From NCBI GenBank assembly GCA_033442325.1, contig JAWQFM010000012.1:436122-500121 (forward strand): a DNA stretch of 64,000 nucleotides, in the 5' to 3' direction. The position numbers and the translations under genes were made by a program. This document shows, piece by piece, positions 1 to 17,173 of the stretch. Source of the stretch: Salpingoeca rosetta. Taxonomy: Eukaryota; Protista; Choanoflagellata. Every line of letters starts with the position of its first letter. Position 1 is the stretch's first letter. Below the pieces are notes generated by a model. The model searched no databases and was not told the DNA's origin. It saw only the letters and a program-made list of their open reading frames with translations.

Positions 1-128
1 ACACACACACACACACGCTCACACACGCTCACACACACACACACACGCTCACACACGCTCACACACACACACACGCTCACACACACACACACACACGCTC
101 ACACGCTCACACACACACACACACTCAC

Positions 129-857
129 TCAACCCAGTGTTCGCACGCATACACAAGGCCCTCACCTTCAGCGCAGCTACAAGGTGCTCCACCAAACCGC
201 TCTGTGATGAGGTTGTGCTGTGGAAAGCGAGGCAGCACCCAATACACCGTGTAGCTGGTGTTGTGTCGAAAGGGCATCACATGGAGTTGCCAGAAGCATG
301 GGAGTGAGGCATGGAAGCTGGCGAAGCGCACGACTGCGAGACCACGCATCGACAAGCGAGCAAGAGGGGCAAGTACGCGCAAGTACGTGTGCACAACAAC
401 ACACACACATACGCACATACGCACACACACACATACGCACATACACTCACACTAGGTTGGCGATGGTGGTGTGGATGAGGAATCGGCGGGACTGGACACG
501 GTACATGCGATGGAGGACCATGACAAGCAGCACCCACAAGCACGAGAGGATGCTGATGGAGGCGGAGACACTCAGTGCAGCTGCCAGCCCTGTCTGCACG
601 CTGTCCTTGTAGGTCGAGTTGGGTGGTGGTCGCTCTGACACGCGGCCCTCATCCAAGCGGACAGGCTCATCTTGCCATCCTCTGCTGGCATCTTCGCTTT
701 GTTCGTACCTTGTCCCTGCCGCCACTGTAGCTACTGTTGATGCTGCTATGATGGCGTACAGGATGCCCCACAGCAAGCAGCCTCTCCTCGCCCTCACCGC
801 CACCACCCCACTGCCCTTCCCAACAGCGCGTCTCCTCCATGTCAATCGTCCAACCAT
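129..857 (-). CDS. Putative 7TM GPCR, GPR157/cAMP-receptor-like; first two exons (857-451, 317-129), continues past the window start
   Basis: ATG at 857 followed by a signal-like hydrophobic segment (LLWGILYAIIAASTVATVAAG) and an N-glycosylation sequon (NST). TM1-ICL1-TM2 reads ALSVSASISILSCLWVLLVMVLHRMYRVQSRRFLIHTTIANL|VFHASLPCFW, like the GPR157/CAR-type pattern. GTGAGT donors at 450 and 128. A Cys precedes the putative TM3 (CSCAEGEGLVYAC). Confidence 0.55.
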
Positions 858-1329
858 GTGTGGATGTGTGTGTGGATGTGTGTGGTGAATGTGTGTCGTT
901 TGGCAGCCGCTCGTCCAGTGGGGCGATCTATCTCCCGCTCTCCCTGAATGGTGAGCTTGGCTTGCCGAGTCGGAAGCTCCCTCGCTTGCCAGTTCAGCTC
1001 GCAGCTGTGCCTTCCGTGTGTGTTGTTCACACAGTCACACCAGCACCCTCCTCCAGCTCCAACAAAGACTTGCTGTGTTGTTGCTCTGCCTCAACGTCGT
1101 TTTTTTCTGCACACACACACACACACGTGCAAGAACGCAGGCAGGACTTCTTGTGCTCAGGCACATCACGCACGCAAACCGCACGCACGCAGTGCCTTGC
1201 AAGCAACGTTTCTTCTTCCTCCGCTTTCATTCTCTTCCTCGTCTTGCAGCCTCACCTGTCCTGGCTGCGACACAGTGTCTGCATCTTTGTCGACGACTAG
1301 TTAGGAAGGAAGCAAGGGGTACAGACAGG

Positions 1330-4349
<3,020 letters not shown>

Positions 4350-5296
4350 TTGATACGGGATGGGGGTGTGCGTGTATATTGGTGGTGTGCACTTGTATGT
4401 ATTTGTGTTCTTGTGCGTGTGAGTATCGGATGGTGCGTACGTATGTATGCGTGCGTGTGTATTTGAGTTCTGTGTGTCGGGTGTATGTGTGTGTCGGGTG
4501 TACGTGTGTGCTATTTGCTGTAAACCGTGTGCCTGCCGTCTGTCCAGTGGCATGTGCGCCTGTGGCTAATCAACCCAGTAATTTGTTGGTGCTGACCTGA
4601 TCATTGTGTTGCTGTGGATGTGTACGTGCGTACTTAGCTTTCATGTAAAGGTTTTTGTGTTTTCCCAACCAACCAGCGCAGAGGGAGAGAGCGTGTGTGT
4701 GTGTGTGAGTGACATGAGTGAGGGAGTGTGTGCGTGGGTGAGAATGTGAGCGCGAGTGAGGGAGTGAGTGACATGTGTGAGTGACAAGAGTGAGGGAGTG
4801 ATGAATGGCATGAGAGAGTGCGAGCTGCTTATCACCATCTCATGGCGATTGTGTGCATTTTTGGCAAACTCACAAAAAACGGCCAAAACGAACGAATACA
4901 GGCAGGTGGTGTTGTGGGGTTGCAGCAGCAGGTGTCGTGGAAGGTGTTGTGGATGAGTGGCTGTGTTGTGGATGTATGCATGGATGTGTTTTCGTGCTTC
5001 TTGTATCTGTCTGTCTGTCTGGTTGCTTCTGTCTTGATCTTGTGTTGCTGGATGACATGTACCACCACGAACGCACAACGTCTTTCCCACCGTCGCCTTT
5101 CAGGTTCTCTTTGCTGCTCCCTTCACCCACGCGTGCTGACAAACAACACTGCACACCACACATGCAACACAACACACAACACACACAACACAAAACACCA
5201 TTGCTTCAGGGTCAGTTCTTTGCACTGGTGAATGCGATTGACGCCGACTGTCAGAGGGTCCGTTGCTTCCACTTGTTGTTGCAGCAACCAGCGTGA

Positions 5297-8200
5297 ATGG
5301 GGTCGCGCGCCCCATTCCCACCACCGGGCTTCCAAGGCCTCGCCGGTGACCAAGCAGCACCAACACAGAGCAGTCAGTCTCGCCCACACTACTACTTCCA
5401 ACACGACTACAATAATGGTCGCAATCCAGCCACCACTGCTCAGCAGCAGCAGCAGCACCGCCACCACCACCACCAGCAACACCTGCGTGCGAATGGTGGA
5501 GGTTTGGCGTCCGACCAGCACTCCAACCCTTCCGCGTCGTCCACCTCCATCCCTTCCTACTCCGGCCTGCTGCAGCCCAAGACCCCAACAGCAGATTCAG
5601 CTGCAGCACCATCCACAGACCCCAGACTTAGCGATATCAAAGCTCGCCTCTCCAAAGTGCGTGTGCGCATCTGTGCGTGTATGCGTGTTTGTGCGTGTGC
5701 GTGCGTGTGTGTCAGTACCTGTTTGTGTGTGCGAATGTGTTCCTACACCTTGCTCGTGAACATACATGGCTTGGTTGGTGTGATGTCAACTCGTTACGAC
5801 AACGATGACCACAGCATGTGATGTCATGTGGCTGCACTCGTTGTCATGCCCCACAGCTGCCTGCACTGGCAACTGCTTGTACAAATCACGCACAACCACA
5901 CACAACCACACACAACCACAAGTTCACGAGTGACTTGCACCCCCTCCCCTCAACACACACAACACACACATACATGCCACGAACCGTCCACGTGCTCAGG
6001 TGAATGTGGACGAAGGGCAGGAACCCGGCATGTCGCGGTTCGATGCTTTGTTGCGCAGCTTTTCCGAGCGCCCGCCAAACCTGTCGTCGTTTGATGTCCC
6101 CATGTCGCAACTCGGCAGCTTCCTCGACGATCGGCAGAAGCAAGACGCCGACGCGTTCCTGAGCAACCGCTATGGCGCAGACACAAGCGGTCGGCGACAT
6201 GAAGGCGGTAGCAGTGGCAACCACGCAAGTGATGATGACGACGAAGATGGTGATGATCAACGGGATGGCGAGGACGACGAGCAGCGCATGTCGTTCAGCG
6301 GGCTTCGTGATTTGCCAGATCCACACGCTGCTGCACCAGAACCAGAACTCTCTGCGCTTCAAAAACAACAGCAGCAGCAGCAACAGCGACAGCGACAGCA
6401 GCCATCCAGTGACAGCACTCAGCAGCGTCACCACCACTTATCCACCCTGTTGTCGTCAGATGTGAGTTGGCAGCAACACGCTGGTGGTGCTGATGGCCAC
6501 GCCAACACATCACGGGACCTTGGTGCAAACCTCGCTCGCTCCATGCACGCGTTTCTCTCCGGCCAGGACTCCGTGGATGGGCTGCTGCGTAGCATGGTGA
6601 ACAACACCAACGACAACACGGCTGTGAGCGACGCTGTTCACGCAAGTGCTGCCTCTGATGTCGTGCATTCATCGCGCCGGTCACAACAGCACATGCAGCG
6701 CCAGCAGGAACTCGCCGATGCTTCCAGCAACACGCTTCGCCACAACAACCAAGACAGTGACATTAATGGCGGTGGCGATGATGGTGACGATGGTGGTGAC
6801 GATGACGATGACGGAATGTCGTGGCAGCGCTTGCTGGCTGATGAGCAGGAGGAGTCAACAACAGCTGGCTCCCGACGGACAGAGGGCGAGTTGACAGCAA
6901 GTATCGCCAGCCTTCACTTTCCACGCTCGCTCGAACAGGAAACGATGTGGCTTAGCCGACACCTTGGCGAGCTTGGTGAGGGACAGGACAGCCTGACCGC
7001 TGCTGCCTCCATGTTCTCCACGGCACAACGCACACGAACGCAAACACACACCACACGCGCGTTGATATCAGCATCTGCCTCGTCGCAGCACCACCAGCGC
7101 GGCGGTGGGTTTGGGCACGAGGTCACCCACGATGATGATGATGATGATGATGATGAGGAGGAGGAGGAGAGGGAGAGGGACGAAGAAGAAGGAAGAAAAG
7201 GAAAACAACAACAACAACACCAACAACAACAACAACAACAACAACAGCAACCACAGAGACATCGCCACAATGAACGGGAACATGACAGTACTGGTGGTGG
7301 TGATGATCGCAACAATGGCCAGGGCTTCTTCTTTGACGCCCCGCTCTCGGTGCTCTCCGAGAAACCACTCTCCTCCGCTCTCTCCACGGCTTCAAGCCAC
7401 TCTGTATCCCACCAGGTACGACACGCGTGTGCATGAGCCTATGTTTGTGTGCGCGTGTTTGTGAACATGTGTACATGTGCGCGCCTTCCGCTCGTTTCAT
7501 ACCCATTACGCTTTGAAGGATTGGAAGCACCCTCTTCTTTCATACGTTTCACCTTCACCTCCATCACTCATTGGCACCTTTGCTCGCCACATCTTTACTC
7601 ACCGCATCCTTACTCGCCACCCCTCACCACCTCCGCCGACGATGGCGCTGTGCAGGATGCGAGCGGGTCCCGCAACTACTCTGCACAGGCAAGCACGATT
7701 GTGCGTCGACTGCTGGATCAGACGGCCCAGCGCGATGTGCAGCGCCAGCGCAGGTCCTCCCAGCAGCTGCGACACGATCTCCTTGAGGAGTCCATTCCCT
7801 GGTCTGACACGCACCACGACAGCAACAACAGTAGCACGCACAACAATGACGACGACGATGACAGCAACAACACGCCGTCGCCAAGCGCCACATCGCCACT
7901 GCACACGCCTCGTGGTGGGCGCGGGAGTGGCGGTCGTGGCGTTCGCACGCCTGACAGCGCAACGCACGCGCACATGACACCACAGCAGCACCACTATGAC
8001 CATCAGCAGGACAAGCACTTTGGATTCAATGACAGCCAGACATTCAACGACACGCAATACGGGTTTCAGTCGTTGCTGGACATGACAGACCGGTCAGCGG
8101 CTTCCTCGCATCCAACATCAATGCTCTCTGCCATTGCAGAGGGTGTGCCCTCACCAACAAGCGCTGTATCGCCATCGTCGCCTGCTAAGGCACGAGCACA

Positions 8201-9577
8201 CCGCGACCACCAAGACGGAGACGAGCAAGCAAGGAGCCGCAGCCGTGGAAAGCGAGATGCGGACATGGGTGTGCCAGCACACAGCAGCTCACAGAGCACG
8301 CTGCAGCAGCAGGCCCTCTCACCGCCGTACCAGCACGATCCCATCTCGGACGCTGACACATACGCCAGTACGGCGCAGCACTATGACGGCAGCACCACCG
8401 ACGACGTCAACAGCGGCAGAGACACGGCAGCTGCAGGCGGCATGCGCCCCCATATGCAACAGTCGCACCAACAACAACAGCAGCAACGGCAACACGAAGC
8501 AAGCGCGGATGGCAACGTGAGCGACCGTCGGTTTGAGTCTGCGCTGAGCTTCCGTGAAAGCATGCTGCAGTTCCCGAGCATGTCACTGTCCAGCCTCTCC
8601 GATGACTACCTCATGCACCTGCCCGCCTCAAAGCACCACCGCTACCATGCCACTGGGCAGCAGCACCAGCAACACCAGCAACAACAGCGCCACCGCAGCG
8701 GTGAGCAGAGCGAGTCACATAGCGCACGGCGGCGCGAGCAGCGAGAGCAGCGTGGCGGTGGTGATGGTGAGCGCAGCCGCGTGCAACCGTGGTTGACGGA
8801 GGAGGAGCGGGAGCGCTTGCGACAGGATGAAGAGGTGGAGAGGCTCCTCCGCCAGCTGCAGCAGCGCCAGGGCCTCACACGTGACGATGACGCTGACGCT
8901 GACAGCACCCCACAGCAGCAGCAGCATCAGCAGCAGCAGCAGCAACAAGAACAACAACAAGGGCAGCTGCAACATGATGGCGGCGCTGGTGGTGAGATGG
9001 ATGAGGGCGATCCCAACGTGACTGCGGCGTCCGGCATGTTTGGGTTTCTACATCGCGACGGAGATGGAGACGGCAGCCGTGTGGCGAGTCAAGTTACATC
9101 GCCGCACAAACAACCGCACGCACGCAGTCCACAGCGCAGCAGCCAGAGCACAGTCGCGGCCACGCCAAGCAACAGCCTCTTCGTGTCCGGCGTGCATGAT
9201 TCTCTGGACGATGACAGTCAGGTGTCCCCGCTTGGATATTTTGCTGGTGTTGCACGCACGCACACCACAAGTGGCTCGCTGTCGACGTTTGCAACCACAA
9301 CCGATTCGATGAACGACACGAGTGTGCGATCGAGCAGGCTGCGTGTGCACAGCGCTGTGCTCGATATGCACCAGCGTGCACGTGGCAGTGCCACCGCCAC
9401 GACGGAAACGGGCACGGCAACCACCACAACATCTGTGTCACCGCCGCGCACCACTACAACAACGACCCCTATGACCACAATAACATCAGCGACCACGGGC
9501 ATATCCAAGACGGAGCAGGAGCGCATGATCACGTCTGGCCGTGCGGTGGAGGCGAAGACCAACGCGCCCACGCCCTC

Positions 9578-9616
<39 letters not shown>

Positions 9617-12600
9617 ACAGGGAACGCGCTCGCTGTTGCGCGACCCCGCTGCGCTTCATGCGTTGCTTGCAAGCACGGACGACGCAGATCAGCTGCGGCA
9701 AGCATTGAGTGACCTGCTGCAACAGCTCGACAAGGAAAAGCAGCACGCACAATCAAGTGCTGCGGCTGCACGTGAGCGTGGACAGCAGCTGGAGTACATG
9801 GACACGGCTGTCGCCGGCAGCCGGGGAGGAGCCATGCTGACGACCCCACGAACAGACGGGAGGTATAGGGACGGCGTTGGAAGGAACGCAGAATCATCGC
9901 AGCAGTCCTCATCCTCATCCCCCGCACGTCGAGGTGCAGGCGGCGGTGGTGATCGCGCGACCACAATGACGACAATGATGACAACAGATACGCTGCACTC
10001 CTCTGGTGGTCGGGCGAATGCAAGCGCACCTGCCCCGGATTCGCTTCTCGTCTCGTCTTCCGCTTCCCGCCAGCGCTACGCCACGCGGCAGGAGCAACAC
10101 GAGCAGCAACGGCACGAACAGCAGCGGCGGGGGCACCACGCTGACGTGGGCGGCCCTGTTCCGCTGGAGCTGGGCGGGATGGATGCAACCGACAGTCGCC
10201 AACTGCAGCCGCTTGCACCAACTGCCCATGCCGGCGCTGCTGGCAGCAGTGAGCGAATCACCTCGCAGTGGCACTCGCTCGAGAGCCGGCACACAGGAAC
10301 AACAACGTCCTCCGTGCTGGGGCCAGCAGGTGCCACTGATGACAGCCCCCACACACGACGCAGCGACGCAAAGGACACGCTTGCCGGCGTTGATGCTCCA
10401 GACAAACACGCGTCTGAATCGATGGACATGACGGCATCGCACCGGCGCCCGGTTGACAGCCTCTACGACACGACAAGTGCTCGCCGTGTACATGAAGATA
10501 TGCCCGCTGCGGGCACTGAGGAAGACAACAAAGCAGCAGCGAACAACACCGACAACAACAACGGCAACGGTGATGGGCGTGGTCACAGCATCGCACACGA
10601 ACAGCAACAACAGCAGCAGCGACAGGAAGAGGCCGGCATGTTGTTGCTCGTTGGCGCGAATCGCGAGTACCAAGAGGACGACGATGGGGATGACGATGAT
10701 GATGATGCTGATGCTGATGCTGAATTGCACGCCATCCACCACAGCCGCCGCCGTCATCACGGTGACAGTCATGCGAGGGCTGACGATGCTGAGCTCAGTC
10801 TCGTGGCTGGTGGCATCAGTGGGTATGCACGCCACGGCCGCACTACCGGCGGCCAGCACATGCGCAGTGGTGGCGGCAGCACATCCCGTGCATCCAGCCA
10901 GCAGTCGTCGGCCGCTGTGCAGTCCAACGACTCACTCGAGGACGCACATGTGCGCAGCGCGGCTGCCGCTGCAAAGGACGCGGCTGACCTCGGTGAAGGT
11001 CGTGGCGATGATGGTGACGGTAGCAGTGATGCGCGTGCTGCACTCTCGCCGCTCGTCGTTTCCACGTCTGGCGTGTCAGCATTCCCGCTGCAAGACTCCA
11101 TGCGTGCACGCCAGCGCGGGTCTGCGCAAGGGTGGAGCCGGGAGATTGACTTGGCGGAAGGCGAACGGGCAGACGCGGTGGCGCTGCGCGAGACAGATGA
11201 ACTGCGGTACAATGAACAGCACGATGACCCTCGTGGTGATGCTGGCCATGATCATGATGATGATGAGGATGCCATGGCTGACAATGACGATGACAACATG
11301 CTGCACCGCCGGCACCACCATGCCAGTGATCACGATGCACAGGGCGCACCCTCCATCGGCGCGGCATCGCAGCGAAGCCACGCCGCCGACTCCCTGGCAG
11401 GCTCCTTGCAGTCGACGGCTGATGTCGCACACGCAGCGGAAGCGAGAAGAGCTGCTGGCGCACGCCAATCTGCAACAACAAAGACTGCAAGCCGTGGCAC
11501 AGTTGTGGACGACAACAACACCAATAGCGCCAACCCCACCAGCGACACGGCCCGTGTCGATATGACGCCTGCACAGCGTGCTGGAGATGCGGCAGATGTG
11601 CAGCAACAGTCACCACGGCGCACCCCACGCAAGCGGTGGGATCTGCGCGGAAAGGACCAGATGCCCACGCCGCGCGCCGGTGTTGCGGGACCAGCCTACG
11701 GCTCCAGTGGCGATGCGATGGCACAGTCGCCAGCCCCTGTTAGTGGTGCGTCAGGCAGTGGTGGCGGCGGTGGCGGTGATGGTGCGATGGCGCTGGTTGC
11801 CATGAGCAGTTTCATTGACCTGGGCGTGGTGTGTGTGAAGACGACCACAACACACGCGGTGCATGTGCAGAGCAACAGCGATGACTGGGTGCAGCTGCGA
11901 CTGCAGGTGACGTCCACGCCATGCTTCTTTGTTCCGAGTGAGGAGACGGTGCTGCTGCCGCCCCACCGCGAGTCCAGCATCACTCTCCACGTCACGTGTG
12001 CAGAGGCAAAGGTGCATCGCAGCTTCCTGTTTGTGTACTGCACGCGCGTGGATGAGCGTGGGCGTGAGGTTGCCGACAGCAGGCCAGAACGCATCATCTG
12101 CTCTGTGCGTGCTGTGGGCGAGGACGCTAACATTGTCGTCACAGGCGACCTGGCTGGCTCGCTGCTTGATGTTGGCGCTGCGTGCTTTGACGGCAGCACG
12201 TCAGCGCTCGTACAGCTGGAGAATCGTGGGCGCTGCGAAGTCCCGCTGCTGCTGCGCATTGGCGCTCCACTTGACGCCAGCAAGCACGCAGCCGACCAGC
12301 CAGGACAGGCGCGTGCACACGCGCGCGATGGCCGCAGCCCTGCTCACCAACAGCAGCAGCAGCAGCAAGACGAGGAAGAGGAAGCGGCGTTTCCGTTCAC
12401 CATCTGCCAGCACCAGCCAAGGGAGGGTGATGTTGGCACAGCGCAACTTCGCTTGACGTTGCACCCCTCGCAGGCGCCCATCAGCCTCTGGGTGGCCTTC
12501 AAGCCTGTTCCGGGCGTGCACGTTCCGGAGGATATGCTGCAGTGCCGCGATACGAGGTTTGCTGCCTCGCTGGTGGTGGCTGTTGCGTCGCAGCACGACC

Positions 12601-13479
12601 CCACAGGCAGTCGTGGCCAGGGTGCTGGTACGGCGAGTGTGGTGCTTCAGCGGCTGGATGTGCAAGGCGTGTGCAGCGTGCCTCGTCTGGAGGTGCCTCG
12701 GGTGATGCAGGCCATGGTGTTTCGTGCAAAGACGCCCGGCGACGTGATTGAGCGAGACGTACCCATCCGCAACCGCAGCCTGCTTGGCTGCCATGTGAAC
12801 GTGTCTGTGCGGGAGGACGATGCCGCTTCGTCGTCCGCTCGTGGCGGCGGCTCGTCGCTCGGCCTGCCGCCCTCCAGGGCATTCTCCGTCTTCCCGCCCC
12901 TGCTGTATATGCAAGCAGGTGAGCAGTCGCTGGTGCGGGTCAAGTTCTTCCCGAGCGAAGGCGACGTGCACGTTGGTGCGCGCCTGTGCTTGTACATCCA
13001 ACCCCGCGGCCCCACGTACCGGCTTGCTCTCAACGGCGTTCTCGATGGCCCTTCAAAGCCGCCGCGAGCAACATCCACCGCAGCAGCGGCAGCAGCAGCA
13101 GCAACATCAACAACATCAACTGCAACCTCACAGCACCGGCAGGAGAGTCACAGAAGGCGTGGTCAGCAGCAACGTGCTGTGGAAGGGAGACGTGCGGAGC
13201 AGCAAGCTGCAGCTGCAGACACATCGGCGTCCCTCGATGACCGAGGTGGTGAGGCGGCAGCAGCCACGGCGCAACGGCTTGGGGTGTTGCCCAACGTGTC
13301 AGGGACATCGTACGGGTCCAAGCACTACTCAACGACTTCTGTTGAGGACACGAGCGCCGTTGGCGGAGACACGAGTCTGCTGCCACACATCTATTCGCCC
13401 AAAGGTCGCACTGGGCGCCAAGAACAGCAACAACAACTCCCAGGAGATGCGGAGAACTATCAGCGGCAGCAGCAGCAGC

Positions 13480-13529
<50 letters not shown>

Positions 13530-16224
13530 AAACAACAACAACAAAAACAACAACAACAACAACGAAACCAAGAGTGGCAGCAGCAGAGGCAGCCAGGACG
13601 CGCACGGGAACAAGAGCAGGAGCAAGCAGGGCGCGGAAAACCGGCAGACATTCTGCTGCTGTCTGACCAGGCAGCGCTGCACTTTGGCGGCGTTGAAGTT
13701 GGACAGATGACATGTCGACCGCTCAAGCTGCGCGTTCGCTCGCCTGTGGACGCCCCAATTGAGGTGGAGTTGAGCGTGGACGGTGCGCACGCAAGCTGCT
13801 TCTCCATCGTGGAGAACGCAACCGTATCAATCAAACCCACCAGCACACGCAGCACTGGTCTGCGCTGGGTGACGGTGCTGACCGCTGGCACGGACGCTAC
13901 AATCCAGGTGCTGTTCACGCCACAACGCAACCTCCTGTACGACTGCACGCTGCTGATGCGTACGCGCGTGCAAGGAGCACCAAAATACACGTGCCGGTTC
14001 CGCATTCCACTGCTTGGGTACGGTGGCATCTCGCGCCTTGACGTCACAGAGGCTCGCGGTGGGCAGAGCACAGCAACCACTGGTGGTGGTGGTGGTGGTG
14101 GAGGCAAGGCTGCCCCGCCAGCACTGCTGTTTGCTGAGCCGCGTGTGCTGAGTCTTCGTCGTGTTGCCCCGGGCCAGGTTGTCACTGTTGAGCTGCAGGT
14201 GCGGAATGTCGGCTCGCGCGCTGCGTATGTGCTCGGGCGGTGTGCCGACCACTGGGGAAAGCCCATGCGTGCTGAGCGGGCAAGTGTGTCACCTGCTGGG
14301 CTTGTCATCCCACCAAACCTGAGCAAAACGCTTCGCGTGAGTCTGGCGCCAACCTTCAAGGACATGGACGAACTGAAGAAGCTGAGCGAGCGCGCGCAAC
14401 GGGACGGGCAGGCACGGCCGCCGTTTGTCACGCTGTCACTGTTCACGGGCGACGAGGTTCTGCGGCGGCGGCTGCGAATGCACCAGCGCAAGGAGCGTGA
14501 CAGCGATGAGCGGCCTGTGGAGGACGCGCTGAACGAGAGCAACAGCACCGTGCATGCGACGTGGTTCATGAAGCACTTTGCCAATGAGGAGAGGGTGGTT
14601 GACAGAGAGCCCGTGGACATGGTTGACCCAAAGCATGCTGCGCTTGACGCACGCTGCTTCCTCGACAGCATGGCGTGTGTTCGCCTCAACATCACCGCCA
14701 GCGCCATCGCAACACTCCCGTCTGACCGCCGGGTGGACCTGCACAACATCCACAGCGACAGCGCGCGTCGTCGCTCGAGTGCGCAGCAGCACAGCGCCCG
14801 CCGCGGCGATGCAGCCAGGGGCGAAGACAGCGGTGGCCACCATGGTGGTGGTGGTGGTGGTGGTGGTAGTGGCCATGGTGATGACGACACTGGGGAGAAT
14901 GGTGGTGCTGCTGCTGCTGGACATGGGGATACAGGCAGTGGCAGGAGGAAGAAGAAGGGTGCTGCCGCTGGTGGCGCGCGAGTAGCCAAGCACGGTGGTG
15001 TCGCTGCCGGGAACAACTCGAACGCTGCCGAAGCAGCAATGGCAATGTCTCCCGCTGGTACAGAATCATCGAGAAGGGACCGGCGGCGCCGAAGCGGTGG
15101 TCGTGGCGGTCGGCGTGATGGCGACAACGGCACAACCTCTCACCAGCACCAACAGCGTGCAGAAAGTCAACCCTCTGCTGCTCCACTTGCACCACCGCCG
15201 CGATCGTCATCATCCAAGGCTACGAAAGGACAGCAGCCATCTGTATCCGCATCATCGCAGCCGCAGGGCCACCCCAAGCGCGTCCGTCGCAAGCGCAGAA
15301 CAACAGGTTCCACCAGCGCTGGCGGCACTGGGGGCACTGGTGGTGGTGATGGTGGGGTGCCGTCATGGAGTGTCGTGCCGGCAATGGTGCAGGTTGGCCT
15401 TGCCGATTCTGCCACCGTCTTCATCAACAACCATCAGAACAAGCGCTTTGAGTTTGATGTGACGTGGTCCGCGTACGCACTGGATGTCCGCCCAGCGTCA
15501 GGTGTGTGGGTATGTATGTGGGTGGTTGGATGCGTCTGTCTGTCTGTGGGTGTGTGGGTGCGTCTGTCTGTCTGTGGGTGGGTGTGGGTGTGATGTGTGG
15601 GTGTGATGTGTGGGTGTGGGTGTGATATGTTTATCGAACACTTGTGAGCATGCCTGTTGTTGGTGTGTTGGTTGCACTTGTGTGTGGTCGCGTGCCTGGT
15701 GTGTCTGTGTGAAAACAATGCCCTCTCGCAACCCTGTGCGTTGCGTGCAGAAGCTCACAGCAATGTTCTCCCTTCTCCCGGCATTGCCTGTTGCTGGCTG
15801 CAGGGTACCTTGAACCGAAGGAACGTATTGCTCTTCGCATTCGCCCGCGCAAGTCGTGTCCGTTCTTTGCCTCTCGTCGCCACACGCCAGACGTGCACGT
15901 GGAGAAAGTGTATGTGCTGTGTGATGGGCACCAGCAGTGTATTGACGTGCATATCCACATGGTGGACTCGCTCGTGTCCCCAACAGCGACCATGTCCACC
16001 AACGTCGGCAACGCCGAGCGCAGTTACAACACGAGCTCCACCGAGCTCAAGCCGCGTGACGATTTGTCGCTTGCGGACCTATCTTCCACCCCGGCGCCAC
16101 CAAACGGCCACAACCCGTCCGACCTCGACTGGACGCCAGCACGTGAGGATTTCGTGCATATGTCTGTGACTGTGCCTGTATGTATGTATGTATGTATGTA
16201 TGTATGTATGTATGTATGTATGTA

Positions 16225-16261
<37 letters not shown>

Positions 16262-17103
16262 GCGCGTCTGTCTGTCTGTCTGTCTGCGCGTGCGTGTCTG
16301 TCTATGTATTTGTGTCTGTGTGCACACCGTCTACTCCTTGACAATTCCTTGACTTGACTGCACCCTTACACGTTTCGAATCGTCAATCCAAATGCGTCAC
16401 TACCATGCGTCCATTCAGCTGTGGGCGGGAGCAATGCGCCACTTGTGATGCAGCCAAGCCGTGTTGCCTTCGGGCCGGTGAGACGAACACGAAGAAGTTC
16501 ATGCTCACACTGTGTTGTGTGCTGTGCCAACCATGCACTGGCATGTCCTCAGCCCCCGCTGTGTGTGTGTGTGTGTTCACGCGCTGCGAGGTGCGCATGG
16601 CACACCTGTTTCGCCTGTGTCTCGGATCTTTCTCAACATGTCTTGTATCTCTCATCACCTCACCATTTGGTCTTGCTTCCGTGCCCTTGACTGTGCGTTT
16701 GCAGACTGAGAAAGGCACACGGGAGGATCAGTTCTTGTTCATGCACAACACAACGCAGGAGGTGTTGACGTGGGTTGCATCATCCGTTCGCCAAGCTTAC
16801 GTCAAGGTCAGAAGCATGGAGTTGCGCGTGTGTGGTCGTGCGAATATGAATGTGTGTGTGTGCGTGTGTGTATGTTAGAGAGAGAGAGTGTGTGTGTGTG
16901 TGTGTGTGTGGTTGCTTGCTGGTCATCTTCAAGTTGCGTGCACTCCTCCATGGGCTCACTCCGCAAGCGTGGTGCGTTGGGGACAGGTGGATGATGACAA
17001 CGGCAACTACGTGGCCAACTACCCGGCCTTTGTGTTTGAGCGCCAGAGTGGATCCATCCAGAATGGATGTAGTTTGCGGTGAGCAGCATGCTGCCTTGTG
17101 TGC

Positions 17104-17173
<70 letters not shown>

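Noticed and set aside
13460-15133. 557-aa antisense ORF (also 3102-4223, 29063-30502, 60836-62200)
   Set aside because: Shadow ORFs opposite GC-rich real coding exons, with no recognisable motifs.
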